A stretch of 63,798 nucleotides of DNA, filler included, from Lenisia limosa (GCA_001655205.1; 12 parts of 12 records of this genome joined end to end with filler, not necessarily neighbours in it); one strand, 5' to 3'; counted from the whole stretch's first letter, positions 1 through 12,635 are shown. Notes: a model not told the origin generated them from the letters alone. Program-made: numbers and translations.

Positions 1-129
1 TAAAAATGGAAAGTTGTATGAAACAAACAAATCTCAAAAATCACTCAGCAACATACAAGGGTTGAAAACAACAAAACAAAACCCAGGCCAGCCGCTTCTG
101 CAGCACCACATCACTCCAGCGTAACCTTG

Positions 130-3100
130 TTAGACAATATATTCAGGGCACAAAAGCAGGTATTCAATCACCGTTTGGTACCACAGTGAATGGAGTCCGC
201 TTGTAATGTTCCACTCAGTCCATATCACTGGACAATATCTCTCCCCAAAAAGCCATTTAGCCTCTTACCAAGTCCAATATTGCTGACATCAAACAGTTTG
301 GACACTGTGGTAGTACCTAAAATGGTCAAACATTTGCACATAGCATTTTTGGTGACATATATATAGATATCCTCAAGCACTACATATGATATATTATTAT
401 TACAAAAAATTGTGTGTTTTGGTCCTTATCCCAACCTGTAAATAATGGGAACCCTGGAAGGGCACAAATAGCAATCTTGTCTCCTGTATTCATTGCCAAA
501 GGAAGGGCAAAAGCTGAAATGTGAGTTGAGATCCTCACACTTTCCAAATATTTCATTGTAAAATAGTGAAGTATGTATTATGTAGTTTAGATATGCCTGA
601 AAAAACTACAATCCCGAAAACTCCAAAGAGAAGAGGGCCCCATACAATGTCCCATTAGATGGTCAGGAACCTCACATTTTCTGACGTTGGTGGATGAGCT
701 CACAGAATGGTCCTGGATCTCATAGTTCAAATTGCCATCCTACATATCAGTTTACCAAAACCAAACTCCTTACAACTTTACAATTTGTAGTACAATACAT
801 AGAGATGAGAAATAAAACAAGGTTGTATCTGACCAAAGCCGTTGTTTTTTGATTACTACAGTTTGCTTAGGGTTCCGCTTATACAAGCAGCTTTACGAAC
901 AGTCATAGGATATTTTATTTCTTTTGAAAAACCCATGAGGAGTCTATGAGGGACTAAAAGTGACCCCAAGCTTACTGCCCTTTTGATGTAGCCCCCCTAC
1001 TCCAACAGAAGCGCCATCCACCCCATTGAACAGCAGCGACACCAGCTGACGCGCCCCCGAAGCCACAGTTTCGAATTGGAAGGTCATGAGATAGATGCCA
1101 GCGGCAGGAGCCGTGAACTGCAATTAATGTAAAATTTGAACTTAAGGAATTTTCCCCCTGCCTCTTTTTGCTTGCAACACCCTTCCAACCTCTCCTTTAG
1201 AAAAGCCATTTCCCTCGGACTGTACTCCGAGCCTTGAACAATCAGCAATGCAAGCAGACCCATAGGATACTCCCCCACCCCTCACTGGTCAGCTCCCGAG
1301 GCAGAGTAAGCCACATAAGTACCAATGTCACGAGTTGAGACCGAACCAGAAGAACCCTCGTGGAAGTCTGAGATGTGAGGAATGGTGGATTTCTTTGCAT
1401 TACTATGAAATAATATAATAGTTTGAGGGAGCTATTAGTACTTGCGGGGATCCATTATTTATTGACCAGTTGGTGGGGGGCCCACCATTGTTTAGTTTGG
1501 CAATACACACTGCGGCGTCTGAGATATCACCTGCATTGGCTACCGGGGTTGCAAAATGAATGACGTCACCTTTTACCAGGGGTGTGGTCTGGGGGGGGGG
1601 GGGGGNNNNNNNNNNNNNNNNNNNNNNNNNNNNNNNNNNNNNNNNNNNNNNNNNNNNNNNNNNNNNNNNNNNNNNNNNNNNNNNNNNNNNNNNNNNNNNN
1701 NNNNNNNNNNNNNNNNNNNNNNTATATCGTTATATATTAACCCAAACAACGGAAGACACTGATTGCAATGAACCCAAACAACGAAAGACACTTATTGGAA
1801 TTTAAAACAACCAATGATACTCTATTGGCCAACCCAACTCACAATGATTCCTGTCGTCAGGGCTGCCGACGAACTGGCGTGTGTAGTAGCCAGTGGCGTG
1901 CTGAGGGCAACGTTGTTCTTCAAAAGCGTCAGGGACACAATGGAGTTTCTGGGTTGTAAATATATAAGACAAGAGAAATATCGGTTTTGATTGATGGTTT
2001 AATTTCAATAATATCATTCGATATGTCCGACCCACGCGGTGATTGCAGCCCTGATCCAGATGACATATTCGCCGTTGGAGGTGATAGTCACTGCCCCGGT
2101 GGCGGTGTTGTAGTCGACACCTCGAATAATCTTTTGGTCAAGTCTGGGGGGGGGGGNNNNNNNNNNNNNNNNNNNNNNNNNNNNNNNNNNNNNNNNNNNN
2201 NNNNNNNNNNNNNNGGGTTATGGCACAGAAAAAAACAAAAAAAAACTCCTTTGGACGAGGTTTGAAATAAAAGAAACGAAATAAAAACAATCAAACAACG
2301 CAGGCCAGAAATAGCCAAACAATTAGGAGCCCACTGCGTCAGAGACTCGCCAGCAAGGGTCTGGTGGCTGTCAATGGTAGTAGCACTCGGGGACTGGTTG
2401 AGAAGAAGCAGGGGGTTGTCTGTGTGAGTGAGATGCAACTCTGAAAGGATGGTCAATAATTATATTTTGCATCCGAAAAAAACAATCTTAATTGATATAA
2501 TTTTCATACCAAGTGAAGTAATACTGACTGACCAAAAGATGAAAATAAATTAAAATATTAAGAGTTCTATTTAAACATTCATTACCTGACATACACCCCC
2601 CAAACTATTTTCTTTTTTTGCCACAGTCACCCATTTCTCTTGGAGGCATACTAAAATCCCTTCAGTAGCATCGTTTCTAAAAGGTGGTCAGGCTCCCTTG
2701 AGTTTGTCACAACGGAAGATAGAGGGAGGTCAGGTCCCAACATAGCAGCATCACTGTCCCCAACATACACGAAAGTACCCTCATTATCAATTGTACAACT
2801 GATAGCAGAGGACGATATTATACGAAGTTGACTGGCTTCTAAATCTGTTAAATTTTGGAAGCTTTCTTGAAATGAATTAACCACAAATATTCTTCCAGTG
2901 AAGGGCGATGAGTGTGGTGTTTAAAATGCCTGATTTGTTATGAAGTGAAGCGTGCTAACATCATCCCACAGACGCAGCGACTCCATGACCACCACCTCAG
3001 TGTCATTGACGAACCGAGTGGAGAGGAAGCCATTAGTCAGCGTTCTGGGAAAGGAATCAGCTTTTGTTTGGATATTGGAAGGACCCGCATAAGAAACACT

Positions 3101-3164
3101 GTAAAAGGAGCAAATGTACCACCACAAACACGAGTATGAGAAGACCGAGAAGAGCCCCGATCAT
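130..3164 (-). CDS. Secreted protein with tandem C1q-like (jelly-roll) modules, multi-exon, 3' end uncertain
   Basis: ATG at 3164 opens a hydrophobic leader MIGALLGLLIL. Spliced exons give IIRGVDYNTATGAVTITSNGEYVIW (~2030-2130), LVKGDVIHF (~1495-1590), FTAPAAGIYLMTFQF (976-1117) and LPLAMNTGDKI (~435-510), which resemble C1q FTAPxxGxYxF and LxLxxGDxV motifs. Most junctions are phase-consistent GT-AG. Confidence 0.6.
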
Positions 3165-3453
3165 CTTGGTGAATCTTTTCTGTTTGATGACTATATGATG
3201 AATATTATACCCACTACCAGTGACACTGGATGCAAACTGGATGTTACTGACGATTGAACGCGGAGCACAAGTGACGGTATAAACACCGCAGATAGGAGTA
3301 TTTTTAAGAAGCGAAAAAAATGAACAAGGCCATTTATGATCAATACACCTACTGTGACTATACACAGCTCATTATTTTTTGGGCTTTAGATTTTTGTTTT
3401 ATCTTCTTGGAGTAATTTTAAGTTCCGCCTCTTTTGTATATTGACAACTCACC

Positions 3454-4602
3454 ATGGAACTTCGTGTCGGAGGACACTATGTCCTTGGAAGGCGAATTGG
3501 ACAGGGATCGTTTGGAGAAATTTTCAGAGGTGGGTCCTCTCCGTCGTCAAGACTTATTTCGCTTTTCTAGGAACTGATATGAACACAAGTGAGCAGGTTG
3601 CTGTCAAAGTTGAGGGCTTGAAAACCAGACATCCCCAACTTTACTTCGAATACAAGATCTACAAATTTCTTGCCGGTGGAAGTGAGAGGGCCTAATACCT
3701 TGATCTAATGCGTATCAAACCTACTTTAAAGAGTCAGATACTGCTTTTTGACATTTTACTTCATTTTACCGTTTCCTTCTCGCTGTATAACCCTTCCCAG
3801 TCGGCATTCCGCATATTAAATGGTTTGGTATTGAAGGAGACTTCAATATCCTCATCATGCAACTTCTCGGTCCTTCTCTTGAAGATCTCTTCAATTACTG
3901 CAAGAGAAAGTTCTCCCTCAAGACCGTTCTCATGCTTTCAGACCAACTTGTGAGTGGTTTTGGTTGAACATTTTGTGGTATCTCCGAGAATGAATATGGC
4001 AGATGATAGTTATGCGCTTCTTTGTACGTGGTATCTTGAATAGGCCTCCCCNNNNNNNNNNNNNNNNNNNNNNNNNNNNNNNNNNNNNNNNNNNNNNNNN
4101 NNNNNNNNNNNNNNNNNNNNNNNNNNNNNNNNNNNNNNNNNNNNNNNNNNNNNNNNNTTTTTGGTACTTTGATGTTTCCTTTGTGATATCCTTTCTGTTT
4201 CTAGAAGAAGGTGATTGGTATTACTTTTTGATTTTGATGTTTTTTTTTTGGGTGGTTGTTTGTATTGGGTGATTTTGACTGGTACTTCCTCAAACGGATC
4301 GCCATAATATCAGCTGAGTTTTCTCTTCAACAGAGGACATTTTTGGGGTGAATGAAGGGGCGCTGGAGGGGTGGCAGAGGACAGCTTCTTTGAGTTTTTT
4401 TTCTAACTAGGATATAAACTTTGGTTTTGTTGTTCAGGGTACTCCCCCATGTATCACAAGAGTGTTCTCGATTTTCATTTCGTGCATCCGCATCTACTAT
4501 CCTCCATAAAATTCACCCCTCCCCACAGCTTGCTCGCATTGAATACATCCACCTCAAATCCTTCCTGCATCGCGATATTAAACCGGACAACTTCCTAATG
4601 GG
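3454..4602 (+). CDS. CSNK1: Casein kinase 1, N-terminal four exons, truncated at contig end
   Basis: Exons 3454-3529, 3571-3681, 3801-3949 and 4529-4602 translate to [26 protein letters not shown]...AVKVE...HPQLYFEY...[13 protein letters not shown]...[12 protein letters not shown], the canonical CK1 motifs. Confidence 0.97.
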
Positions 4603-4607
4603 GTGCG

Positions 4608-4707
4608 NNNNNNNNNNNNNNNNNNNNNNNNNNNNNNNNNNNNNNNNNNNNTTAATTAATTAANNNNNNNNNNNNNNNNNNNNNNNNNNNNNNNNNNNNN
4701 NNNNNNN
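4608..4707. other. Artificial contig-join spacer (first of 11)
   Basis: 44 N + TTAATTAATTAA + 44 N. Repeated at 6878, 12359, 15170, 20545, 26069, 34573, 36382, 51519, 53497 and 62654. CK1 does not continue across this one. Confidence 0.98.
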
Positions 4708-4888
4708 GCATGTTTTATAAATTTTCCATTCGTCATGTTTTGCTTCTCTCTTATTCTCTTATTCCCCTTCTTCCCTAGAGTTGATTTATTTTTCTTGTTT
4801 ATATTTTTCAATTTTACTCCGCATAGAGTTTCGGTTTCTTTTTTTTTCAAATTACTTGTTTCATAATTTTCCAAATTCATTCCGTACA

Positions 4889-6385
4889 GAATTCCAGAAG
4901 TTGTTCGTGCCCCTCGCGACCCTGGTCATGGACACGTGGAAAGACGTTGCAACTGTGACCAAGTTCGGCTGCGCTAATACCGGTTTTCCTTCGGTTATCG
5001 CGTGGGGGGGGGGGGGANNNNNNNNNNNNNNNNNNNNNNNNNNNNNNNNNNNNNNNNNNNNNNNNNNNNNNNNNNNNNNNNNNNNNNNNNNNNNNNNNNN
5101 NNTATTTTCCCCTCTCCCGAATGATAACCCCCCCACCCTGGGGGGAATTATAGCCCATATCTAGGGCTTCACTTTGGTTCGAAAAAGTCCGGTAAAATAT
5201 CGATAGTTTCCGAGGATTAATAGAGAAATTCAGTCTTTCGAACCGAAGTGAAGGGGTATTTGATTGAGAGCTTACATTCTTGACAATTGTCTCACATTTC
5301 AGTCAAATTTGACAGAAATCTTCAGTTAATAATTTGACCGGAAAAAAAAATCTCACATTGCAGTTAATACTTTGTCAGAAATCTCATATTACTGTAAAAA
5401 TTTGACAAAAATCTCAGTATTTAGCTTATTGATAGAAACCTCACCTTCTAGCGAGTCTGCATTGACAGAAATCACGATGACTGGCATTACGCACTTGTCA
5501 GCTGCTACTTACGGCGCAGAAATCGCGGTTGCATGTGGGCAGAGTTCAGTTCAGTTTATTTCTAGTCACCCCGTTTTTCATCTCCTGCTTCCAGCAATTG
5601 CGTTAATTTTCCAGCTTACCCTGCGGTGACTTCTATGGCCAGTTTGAGTATAACAGGAGCGGGCAGTTTCTCCTTCGCCGGTCTCACGGTAAGCGGTTAC
5701 GTGTGTTTTGACGTAAGCTGGAGGGATGGGATGCGGTGCTGNNNNNNNNNNNNNNNNNNNNNNNNNNNNNNNNNNNNNNNNNNNNNNNNNNNNNNNNNNN
5801 NNNNNNNNNNNNNNNNNNNNNNNNNNNNNNNNNNNNNNNNNNNNNNNNNNNNNNNNNNNNNNNNAATAGATCCTTGACAATGTTTACCCGTATCATATCC
5901 ACAAGTGATATGATAATATGACCGACTTTATCGAAATGATGATCGAAGATTGCACAAGTCCCGAGTGTATCAGAGTATCAGAGACTTGTCGGTCAATCGT
6001 CATACCAGTGGATATGATATGAAGTATCACATGAAAATGACCGCAAAAGTGAGATGATAACCCTGCCTGTAGACTATCGGTACTTTGACTTTGGACTCCA
6101 CCACGGCTCCCTATTTCCCCGTTCTTAATCAAGGTTTGTGTATGGGTAGATTTTTCCTGAGTGCCAAAACTAGGGCTTCCTACGGTCTGAAAAAGACCAG
6201 TGAATTACCGATTCGGTCTTTTTTTGGGACTGTTCGATATTGATCGAGGATTTATCGAGAAATTTAGTCTACTTTTGACCATCTCACACCCCAGTCACAA
6301 CGCTTTCTGCCACTAGCACCAATATTTTGGAGTCAGACTTTCCGGCATTGACAGCCTTGTCTTCTATCATCATTTCGGGGAGTGG
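4889..6385 (+). CDS. Fragment of probable surface protein with L-domain/LRR-like repeats
   Basis: Putative exons ~4889-4982, ~5615-5688 (YPAVTSMASLSITGAGSFSFAGLT) and ~6296-6380 (TTLSATSTNILESDFPALTALSSIIIS). The FPxLTxLxxI pattern recalls receptor L-domain-type repeats. Confidence 0.35.
5162..5258. mobile_element. MITE family A (~100-bp hairpin, TA-flanked)
   Basis: TAGGGCTTCACTTTGGTTCGAAAAA...TTTCGAACCGAAGTGAAG terminal inverted repeats. Confidence 0.85.
5905..6065 (+). repeat. Dispersed repeat family R4 (also 9430-9585, 17480-17550, 48545-48625 minus)
   Basis: Shared ATATGACCGACTTT..GAAATGATGAACGAAGATAACAAG...CCCGAGTGTATCAGAGTATC blocks. Confidence 0.7.
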
Positions 6386-6847
6386 TGAGGGGGGGGGGGG
6401 TNNNNNNNNNNNNNNNNNNNNNNNNNNNNNNNNNNNNNNNNNNNNNNNNNNNNNNNNNNNNNNNNNNNNNNNNNNNNNNNNNNNNNNNNNNNNNNNNNNN
6501 NNNNNNNNNNNNNNNNNNNNNNNNNNNNNNNNNNNNNNNNNNNNNNNNNNNNNNNNNNNNNNNNNNNNNNNNNNNNNNNNNNNNNNNNNNNNNNNNNNNN
6601 NNNNNNNNNNNNNNNNNNNNNNNNNNNNNNNNNNNNNNNNNNNCTTCACTTCTGTGTGAAAAAGACTGCATTTCTCAGAAATCATCGATATATTTCGATA
6701 GTTTACCAATATTTTTCGTACCGAAATACTTCTAAGTCCATATCACTAAGAGCAAAGTCACACGGTTCAAAAAACTGAAATTCTCGATAAATCCTCAAAA
6801 ACTGTTGATATTATGTTGGACTTTTTCAGACCAGTGTGAAAACCTAT
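6171..6847. mobile_element. Cluster of three degenerate MITE A copies (6171-6290, 6644-6735, 6760-6847)
   Basis: Share the AAAAGACTGAATTTCTCGATAAATCCTCGA core and partial TIRs. Confidence 0.7.
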
Positions 6848-6977
6848 TAGTGACACGTAAGTTGCGGTGCTGAAGAANNNNNNNNNNNNNNNNNNNNNNN
6901 NNNNNNNNNNNNNNNNNNNNNTTAATTAATTAANNNNNNNNNNNNNNNNNNNNNNNNNNNNNNNNNNNNNNNNNNNN

Positions 6978-9870
6978 ATTAGTTCAGAATGGAGAGCCTC
7001 TAATGCAGCTTCAGCGAAGTCCTGGAAGGCCTTGCCATATCCTTCCTGCACGTAGTTCTCAAGACAGGAGTAGCCAAGGTGGTGGAAGGCTTTCTAAAAG
7101 GGAATAAAGATATATTTAGGATGGAATTGTTATGAAGAGGGGGGGGGGGAGTAAAATTGGAAAATTTATGAAACAAAACAAAAGCCTAGAATCAATTCTG
7201 CCACATACAATGGTTTTGCCGCCTTCAAGAATAGTGTCGTACAGAACGGGGAGAATGTTGATATCTAATGCTGATAAGTACAATTGCGAAATGTTATATC
7301 TGGCCAAAACCGCCCGTCCACACTATCATGAATGGTTATAGGATAGGGCAACGGCTTACCGTCTCTATCGGTCATGGTTTTGAGAGTTTCAATGCAGCGT
7401 CCTGCTGAAGACGAATATAACTTTGAGGGTCTCACACTGGCGGAGTGAAATGGAAAAATTATGAAACAGCAACAAAAGAATCTTGACTCAACTCTTTTGG
7501 TTAAACATCTGAGAATCACACCAAATAACTTATCCCATACTGTACATAATAACTGACCCATATATATACCATACGTATTTGCCCCCCCCCNNNNNNNNNN
7601 NNNNNNNNNNNNNNNNNNNNNNNNNNNNNNNNNNNNNNNNNNNNNNNNNNNNNNNNNNAACAAAAAACAAGCAACGAACAATATGGTGTCAAGCAAACTG
7701 TGACTATTTTAAACCATACTGATGCTGAGCAAAAAAGTAGTAATGGTATCAACAAAAAGTGGCTGGGCAAACACAAAGCACAAAACAAAACAAACACACA
7801 TACAGCAAACATTGAAATCGAAACAACAACACACACAAAAAACAAAACAAAGGGGTACAAGTCAAAGGTTACTTTAAAAAAATATATTATGCTGAGGGGA
7901 ATAACAGCACTAGGGCTTTGAAAAAGTTCCCCAAGTTAATCATTGAACCTAGACATTGTGATAGACTTGGCGCATAAGGCGGCCGCGTCTGGGGTTGAAG
8001 AAGGAAATCTGCAGGCAGAAATGAAAGTTTTAGAAATCTCAAGGACACTCTGACGCCTGTGAATAATAATTCTTTTCAAGATGTGTTTTGGTATAATTGA
8101 AGAGGAATGAGGATATTGGAAAACTTCGAAAGGAAAGTCCCTGCGTTTGTCAAATATCGAAAGGAACAACTTTCTCCTTTGAATAGAGAAATGAATACCC
8201 AAGTAATTGCATACTCCAGGGGCGACAGAGTGTTTTCCAAACTGAGCGAGTCCGGATAGACCGCACGCCCATCAGGAGGGTTAGTCAGCAGAGCTATCAA
8301 ATCGTCGTGAGGGTTTACAATTATCAATGAACCGAAATGCGTTGTGAAAAGAAGAGACTAACGGAGATTCAGGCGGAAGTGATTCAAGAAAGTCCCGTTC
8401 AAAAGAATAAAGGCAAATGTTAGCCAGCAGAGGAGCTGCGTTGGTTCCCATTGGAATGCCAATTTTCTGATGAAACACAAGAGACCCATAAACTGCAACA
8501 ACCCTAAAATCTGATCAAGTGAGAAAAGATCTTTGGACGCGTGTGAGCTAATTTTGAAACCTTTGTTACGAACAACTTAACTCGCGACAGTGAGGAGTTA
8601 AGCTGTTCGGAAGCGTTATCAAAAGATTCGGTTATGGCTCGGGACACTCGTGCTATCAGTTCTTCCTGACTAAACTTGGTGTATAGAGTTGTGAAATCAC
8701 CTCCACTGGGGGGTGTAGGTTTCACCGGTTGACAGTTCTTTCCAGAGAATATGAATATAATAAGATTTACAGATGATTATAAAATTATCAGAGGTCTTAT
8801 CTGCGGGTACAGCCCGAAGAGCTGGGATATTAGAAGAATTAAGACTGATTTGACGACCCGACTGGGTTCCTGACAGGGGGAGCTGTGATTGAATACGAGG
8901 CAAGAGTTCCTTGATGTAAGCCTCAAAGGCCGGAATGGACGGACACTGAACGTCTAAAGAAGCTCGTTTTGAAGTAATGAGAGCTAAAATAGCGACTTTG
9001 ACTTGATCTAGAAGGTCAAAGTCTTCGTCTGTTCTCTATCGTTGGCCTTTTTGCCATAGCGCGAGTATACTCTTGTTAGTAAGACCTGGATGATTTCCAG
9101 TTAGAACTGCAGAGGAGGATTAGCTTGAAGCTTCTTCGCAACCTGAAGCCGTTTACAAAGAGGAGTGTTACACCTATATTGGATGCCAATGTCTTCGAAG
9201 GAAAACGGACAACCTTGAGGTAAAAACTGGTCACACTCAGCGAAAGCTGTCCGAATATTAACATGTCGATAAATGGATGAAGAATAATGAATCGTAATAC
9301 AGTCTCCCCGAATTGAAGGTTCAGTATAATTGGAAAATCAACTCTGTTGGCTGACAACACACGAGGGTTGATAACGACACAACAAACAAAGCCCAGACAA
9401 GTCGCTTCTGCAGCAATAATGTTGATTGAAAGAGGGAAATGATGAACGAAGATAGCACAAGGGTTTAACCCGAGTGTATCAGAGTATCATTGAGACTTGT
9501 CGGTCATTTTACACGAGGGGAAATGAGGTATCATATCACTGTGTTGAAAATGATATGTTCCAAAAAGAAATCATAACCCTCCACTCACAATCATCATCCC
9601 ATAATACCCCCCCCCCTCACCACATTGGTAATGGAGTGTCTGACAAACACGATGCCTCTGACAACACCCTCCTCGTTCATCAAATGTGCAAGCTTCTTTG
9701 ACATCTTTCTTGGCTCTTTTGATTAATTTAGGGGTATAAAGATTGATCACGAATGCTGTCTGTTGATCACGAATCACGTATCACTTTCTTCTTCTGCTTT
9801 CAAGGAATCTGTGTGACTTCCTGCTGTTGGCGCCCACTACCAGTCACTACCAGTCTTCTTCTGTTTTGAA
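6978..9870 (-). CDS. Hypothetical spliced gene fragment, probable host of the retroelement
   Basis: Phase-consistent exons ~7357-7433, ~7207-7262 (DINILPVLYDTILEGGKTI) and ~6978-7105 (KAFHHLGYSCLENYVQEGYGKAFQDF). Upstream exons ~9623-9712 and ~9780-9860 are less certain. Confidence 0.4.
7936..9320 (-). mobile_element. Decayed Penelope-like retroelement (RT pseudogene)
   Basis: Across several frames: LTGNHPGLTNKSILALWQKGQR*RE, VPADKTSDNFIIICKSYY, DFTTLYTK, GIPMGTNAAPLLANICLYSFE, FRFID[+19 nt]DLIAL, IYP-like AVYPDSLSLENT and IFDKRRDFPFEVFQYP. These are Penelope-type RT motifs interrupted by stops and frameshifts. Confidence 0.85.
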
Positions 9871-10227
9871 ATGAAAAAAATGTTGGTGAATAATTGATGG
9901 AAAAAATAATAAAAAAGGGGAGGGGCTCGGAGGAGAGGTAGGGGTGTTCAACATTAACATTCCATTGTTTTTTTTTTGTTTGTTAGTCTTGTAGAGGTCG
10001 TAGATCCAACCCCACACCTTGTTTATTACGTGTTTATTTCTTCCTTTGTTCATTTTGTTTTTTACTTATAACAACAAGGTGGTAGTTTCTGAGAGAAGCC
10101 GTCCACATGGTACACGCAAAAAAAAAAAGCAAGACAAACACATGAACAACATGCAGAAACTACAAGACAAAAGGGTAATGGTGTGTTCCAAGACTAAAAT
10201 ACATCCATTCAATGACAACACAGGGGT

Positions 10228-12233
10228 CTACTGCTGTTTGCATTCGGGCTTCTCCTCCTCCTAAAGGGTGAAAAAATGAGTGCATGTGTAATTGGGAAAT
10301 TCATTTCAAAACTGAAGGAACTTCAATTAACAATTTTATCAATTTGCCTCAAAAATTAAAGATACCCCCCCACGCCCTCAAGGTCCTCCTCCGGGCCAAG
10401 GTCAGGGTCCGAGCCGTCCTCGTCTGTCTCGGGCTCGGAGTCGCTGTCTTCATTGAATTCCTCACAGNNNNNNNNNNNNNNNNNNNNNNNNNNNNNNNNN
10501 NNNNNNNNNNNNNNNNNNNNNNNNNNNNNNNNNNNNNNNNNNNNNNNNNNNNNNNNNNNNNNNNNNNNCGTAGGGAAGGCCTAGGATATGTATAGTAGAT
10601 GATAAAAATAAAACATGATAGGGTTATCTGGCCGAAGTTGTCCACACCATCATGCTTATCAGATTGGATTAAAGTATTAATATTAAGTCATGATAAAGGA
10701 GATAACAATAGTAATTCCATCATACTTCATGACAAGAGTTTCGCTAATGACGACAACAACTTGGAAGATGTCTTCAATTGCGTCCAGAATGGCCTGGTTT
10801 GTGACAGGGGGGGGGGGGGGGGNNNNNNNNNNNNNNNNNNNNNNNNNNNNNNNNNNNNNNNNNNNNNNNNNNNNNNNNNNNNNNNNNNNNNNNNNNNNNN
10901 NNNNNNNNNNNNNNNNNNNNNNNNNNNNNNNNNNNNNNNNNNNNNNNNNNNNNAATGATAGTTCACACGTGTGAAAATGACCCAAAAAGTGATATTACAG
11001 TTCACACGTGCGAAAATGACACACAAAAAAAAGATATGATTTGACATTAAAAAAAAGTTAATAACTCCTCGTATGTCATTAGGCAAACCTCTCTCTCCTC
11101 CTCGTTCATATCCTCCTTCTCAACCGGGGTGTCGAAGATGTTGAAGAAGCTGTTACCCTCGTCATCCTGGGGTGGTTAAATGGGGGAAATCAGNNNNNNN
11201 NNNNNNNNNNNNNNNNNNNNNNNNNNNNNNNNNNNNNNNNNNNNNNNNNNNNNNNNNNNNNNNNNNNNNNNNNNNNNNNNNNNNNNNNNNNNNNNNNNNN
11301 NNNNNNNNNNNNNNNNNATATTAAGATCCCTCAGATTCCCACCTTAAGGTCGGCCTTAGTCCAAGTCACGGGAGAGGCGGACATCGAAATGAACTGCCCG
11401 TTGGGCTTGGTCTTAACTTGCACCCAGAGGGTCTGGGTGGGTGGAGGTAAAATTGGAAGTTTATGGGAAAAAAAACGAGACCAAAATCAACTCTGTTGAC
11501 TAACAACACACAAGGGTTGATAACAACAAGACAAACAAAGCCTAGGCCAGTCGCTTCTGCACCGCATCCCATCACGTGAAAAATATATAAAATATAAACT
11601 ACAAACAAATCCCAGGCCGGTCGCGAGGGGAGGTAAAATTGGAAATTTTCAAATTTTGCCAATTAATTGTCTCAAAACATAGTTGTACGAGGTCGTATGA
11701 ATAAAACAATTATACATTATCCCCACCTTGTCACTGAAGAACTTGTTCTCAGTAAACTCGAATTCAATACGGGTGCACTGAAGAGGTCAAAAATCGAGGG
11801 GAAATGCCAAGCCCTCCCAAATCCAAAAAAACACCTTTAGTAGCACCACCAATAATGGCTCCACATCGGTTCGAAAAAAGACTGAGTTTCTCGATAAATT
11901 CTCGAAAACTTTTGATAATTTACCAGTCTTTTTCATACTGAAGTGAAGCCTTAACCATCCCACTCCTCGCCACCTACAAAGAGACTCAATAACACCCACA
12001 GCTTCATCCTTAGTAGCACCACACACACAGACGCAAGCGCGCGAGAGAGAGGGGAAGAGGGGGCGGGAGAGAGGAGAGAGAGAGAAGGTGTGTGTGTGTG
12101 TGTGAAGGTGATACAATAACACCACAAACACAATACCCAAACCCCCCACTGGCTCGTCCTTAGTAAGCACGGAACGGACGTCTGACAGATGCTCCAGGGC
12201 CTCATAGTCGTTGGTCCCAATCATCTTTGAAAT
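10228..12233 (-). CDS. NAP1: Nucleosome assembly protein NAP1/SET family, 5' truncated
   Basis: Exons 12150-12233 (ISKMIGTNDYEALEHLSDV), 11727-11777 (RIEFEFTENKFFSDK), ~11344-11415 (SPVTWTK), ~11085-11162 (SFFNIFD), an acidic exon ~10375-10463 and 10228-10260 (EEEKPECKQQ*). Confidence 0.9.
11440..11660 (-). repeat. Dispersed repeat family R3 (reference copy, about 17 copies)
   Basis: Consensus GGATGCGGTGCTGCAGAAGCGACTGGCCTGGG...CAACCCTCGTGTGTTGTCAGCCAACAGAGTTGATTTTGG...TTTCATAAATTTTCCAATTTTACTC. Copies at ~45, 4780, 5705, 7140, 7440, 9325, 11440, 12240, 12925, 14045, 16409, 35140, 35480, 36110, 36482, 41235 and 51935. Confidence 0.85.
11856..11953. mobile_element. MITE family A in NAP1 intron
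   Basis: CGGTTCGAAAAAAGACTGAG...GAAGTGAAGCCTTA. Confidence 0.85.
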
Positions 12234-12635
12234 CTGGGGGAGGGCGGAGTAAAACGAAGGAAATTTCAATGAAGAATATTGTCGTAAAGGTATTAATCGT
12301 GAACCGAAAAACCTGAAACTCCAAACAAAAATTAAAAAAACACCTGGGGGGGGGGGGGNNNNNNNNNNNNNNNNNNNNNNNNNNNNNNNNNNNNNNNNNN
12401 NNTTAATTAATTAANNNNNNNNNNNNNNNNNNNNNNNNNNNNNNNNNNNNNNNNNNNNCAGAAAATCTGCGCAATAAAACAAAGCAGGGGGTGGGACATC
12501 AGTTGCAGAAGGTGAAACCCTCCATCCAATTATTACTATACATTCAATTATTGTGGACTTTTTCCGAAGCAAAGTGCAACCCTAATTGTATCCCTATATC
12601 CTAAGATATTCATGTAGTGCATCATAGATGTAGTG

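Noticed and set aside
7260-9420. Hammerhead ribozyme associated with the Penelope-like element
   Set aside because: No CTGANGA...GAAA core with compatible stems could be seen by eye; an Infernal search would be needed to exclude it.
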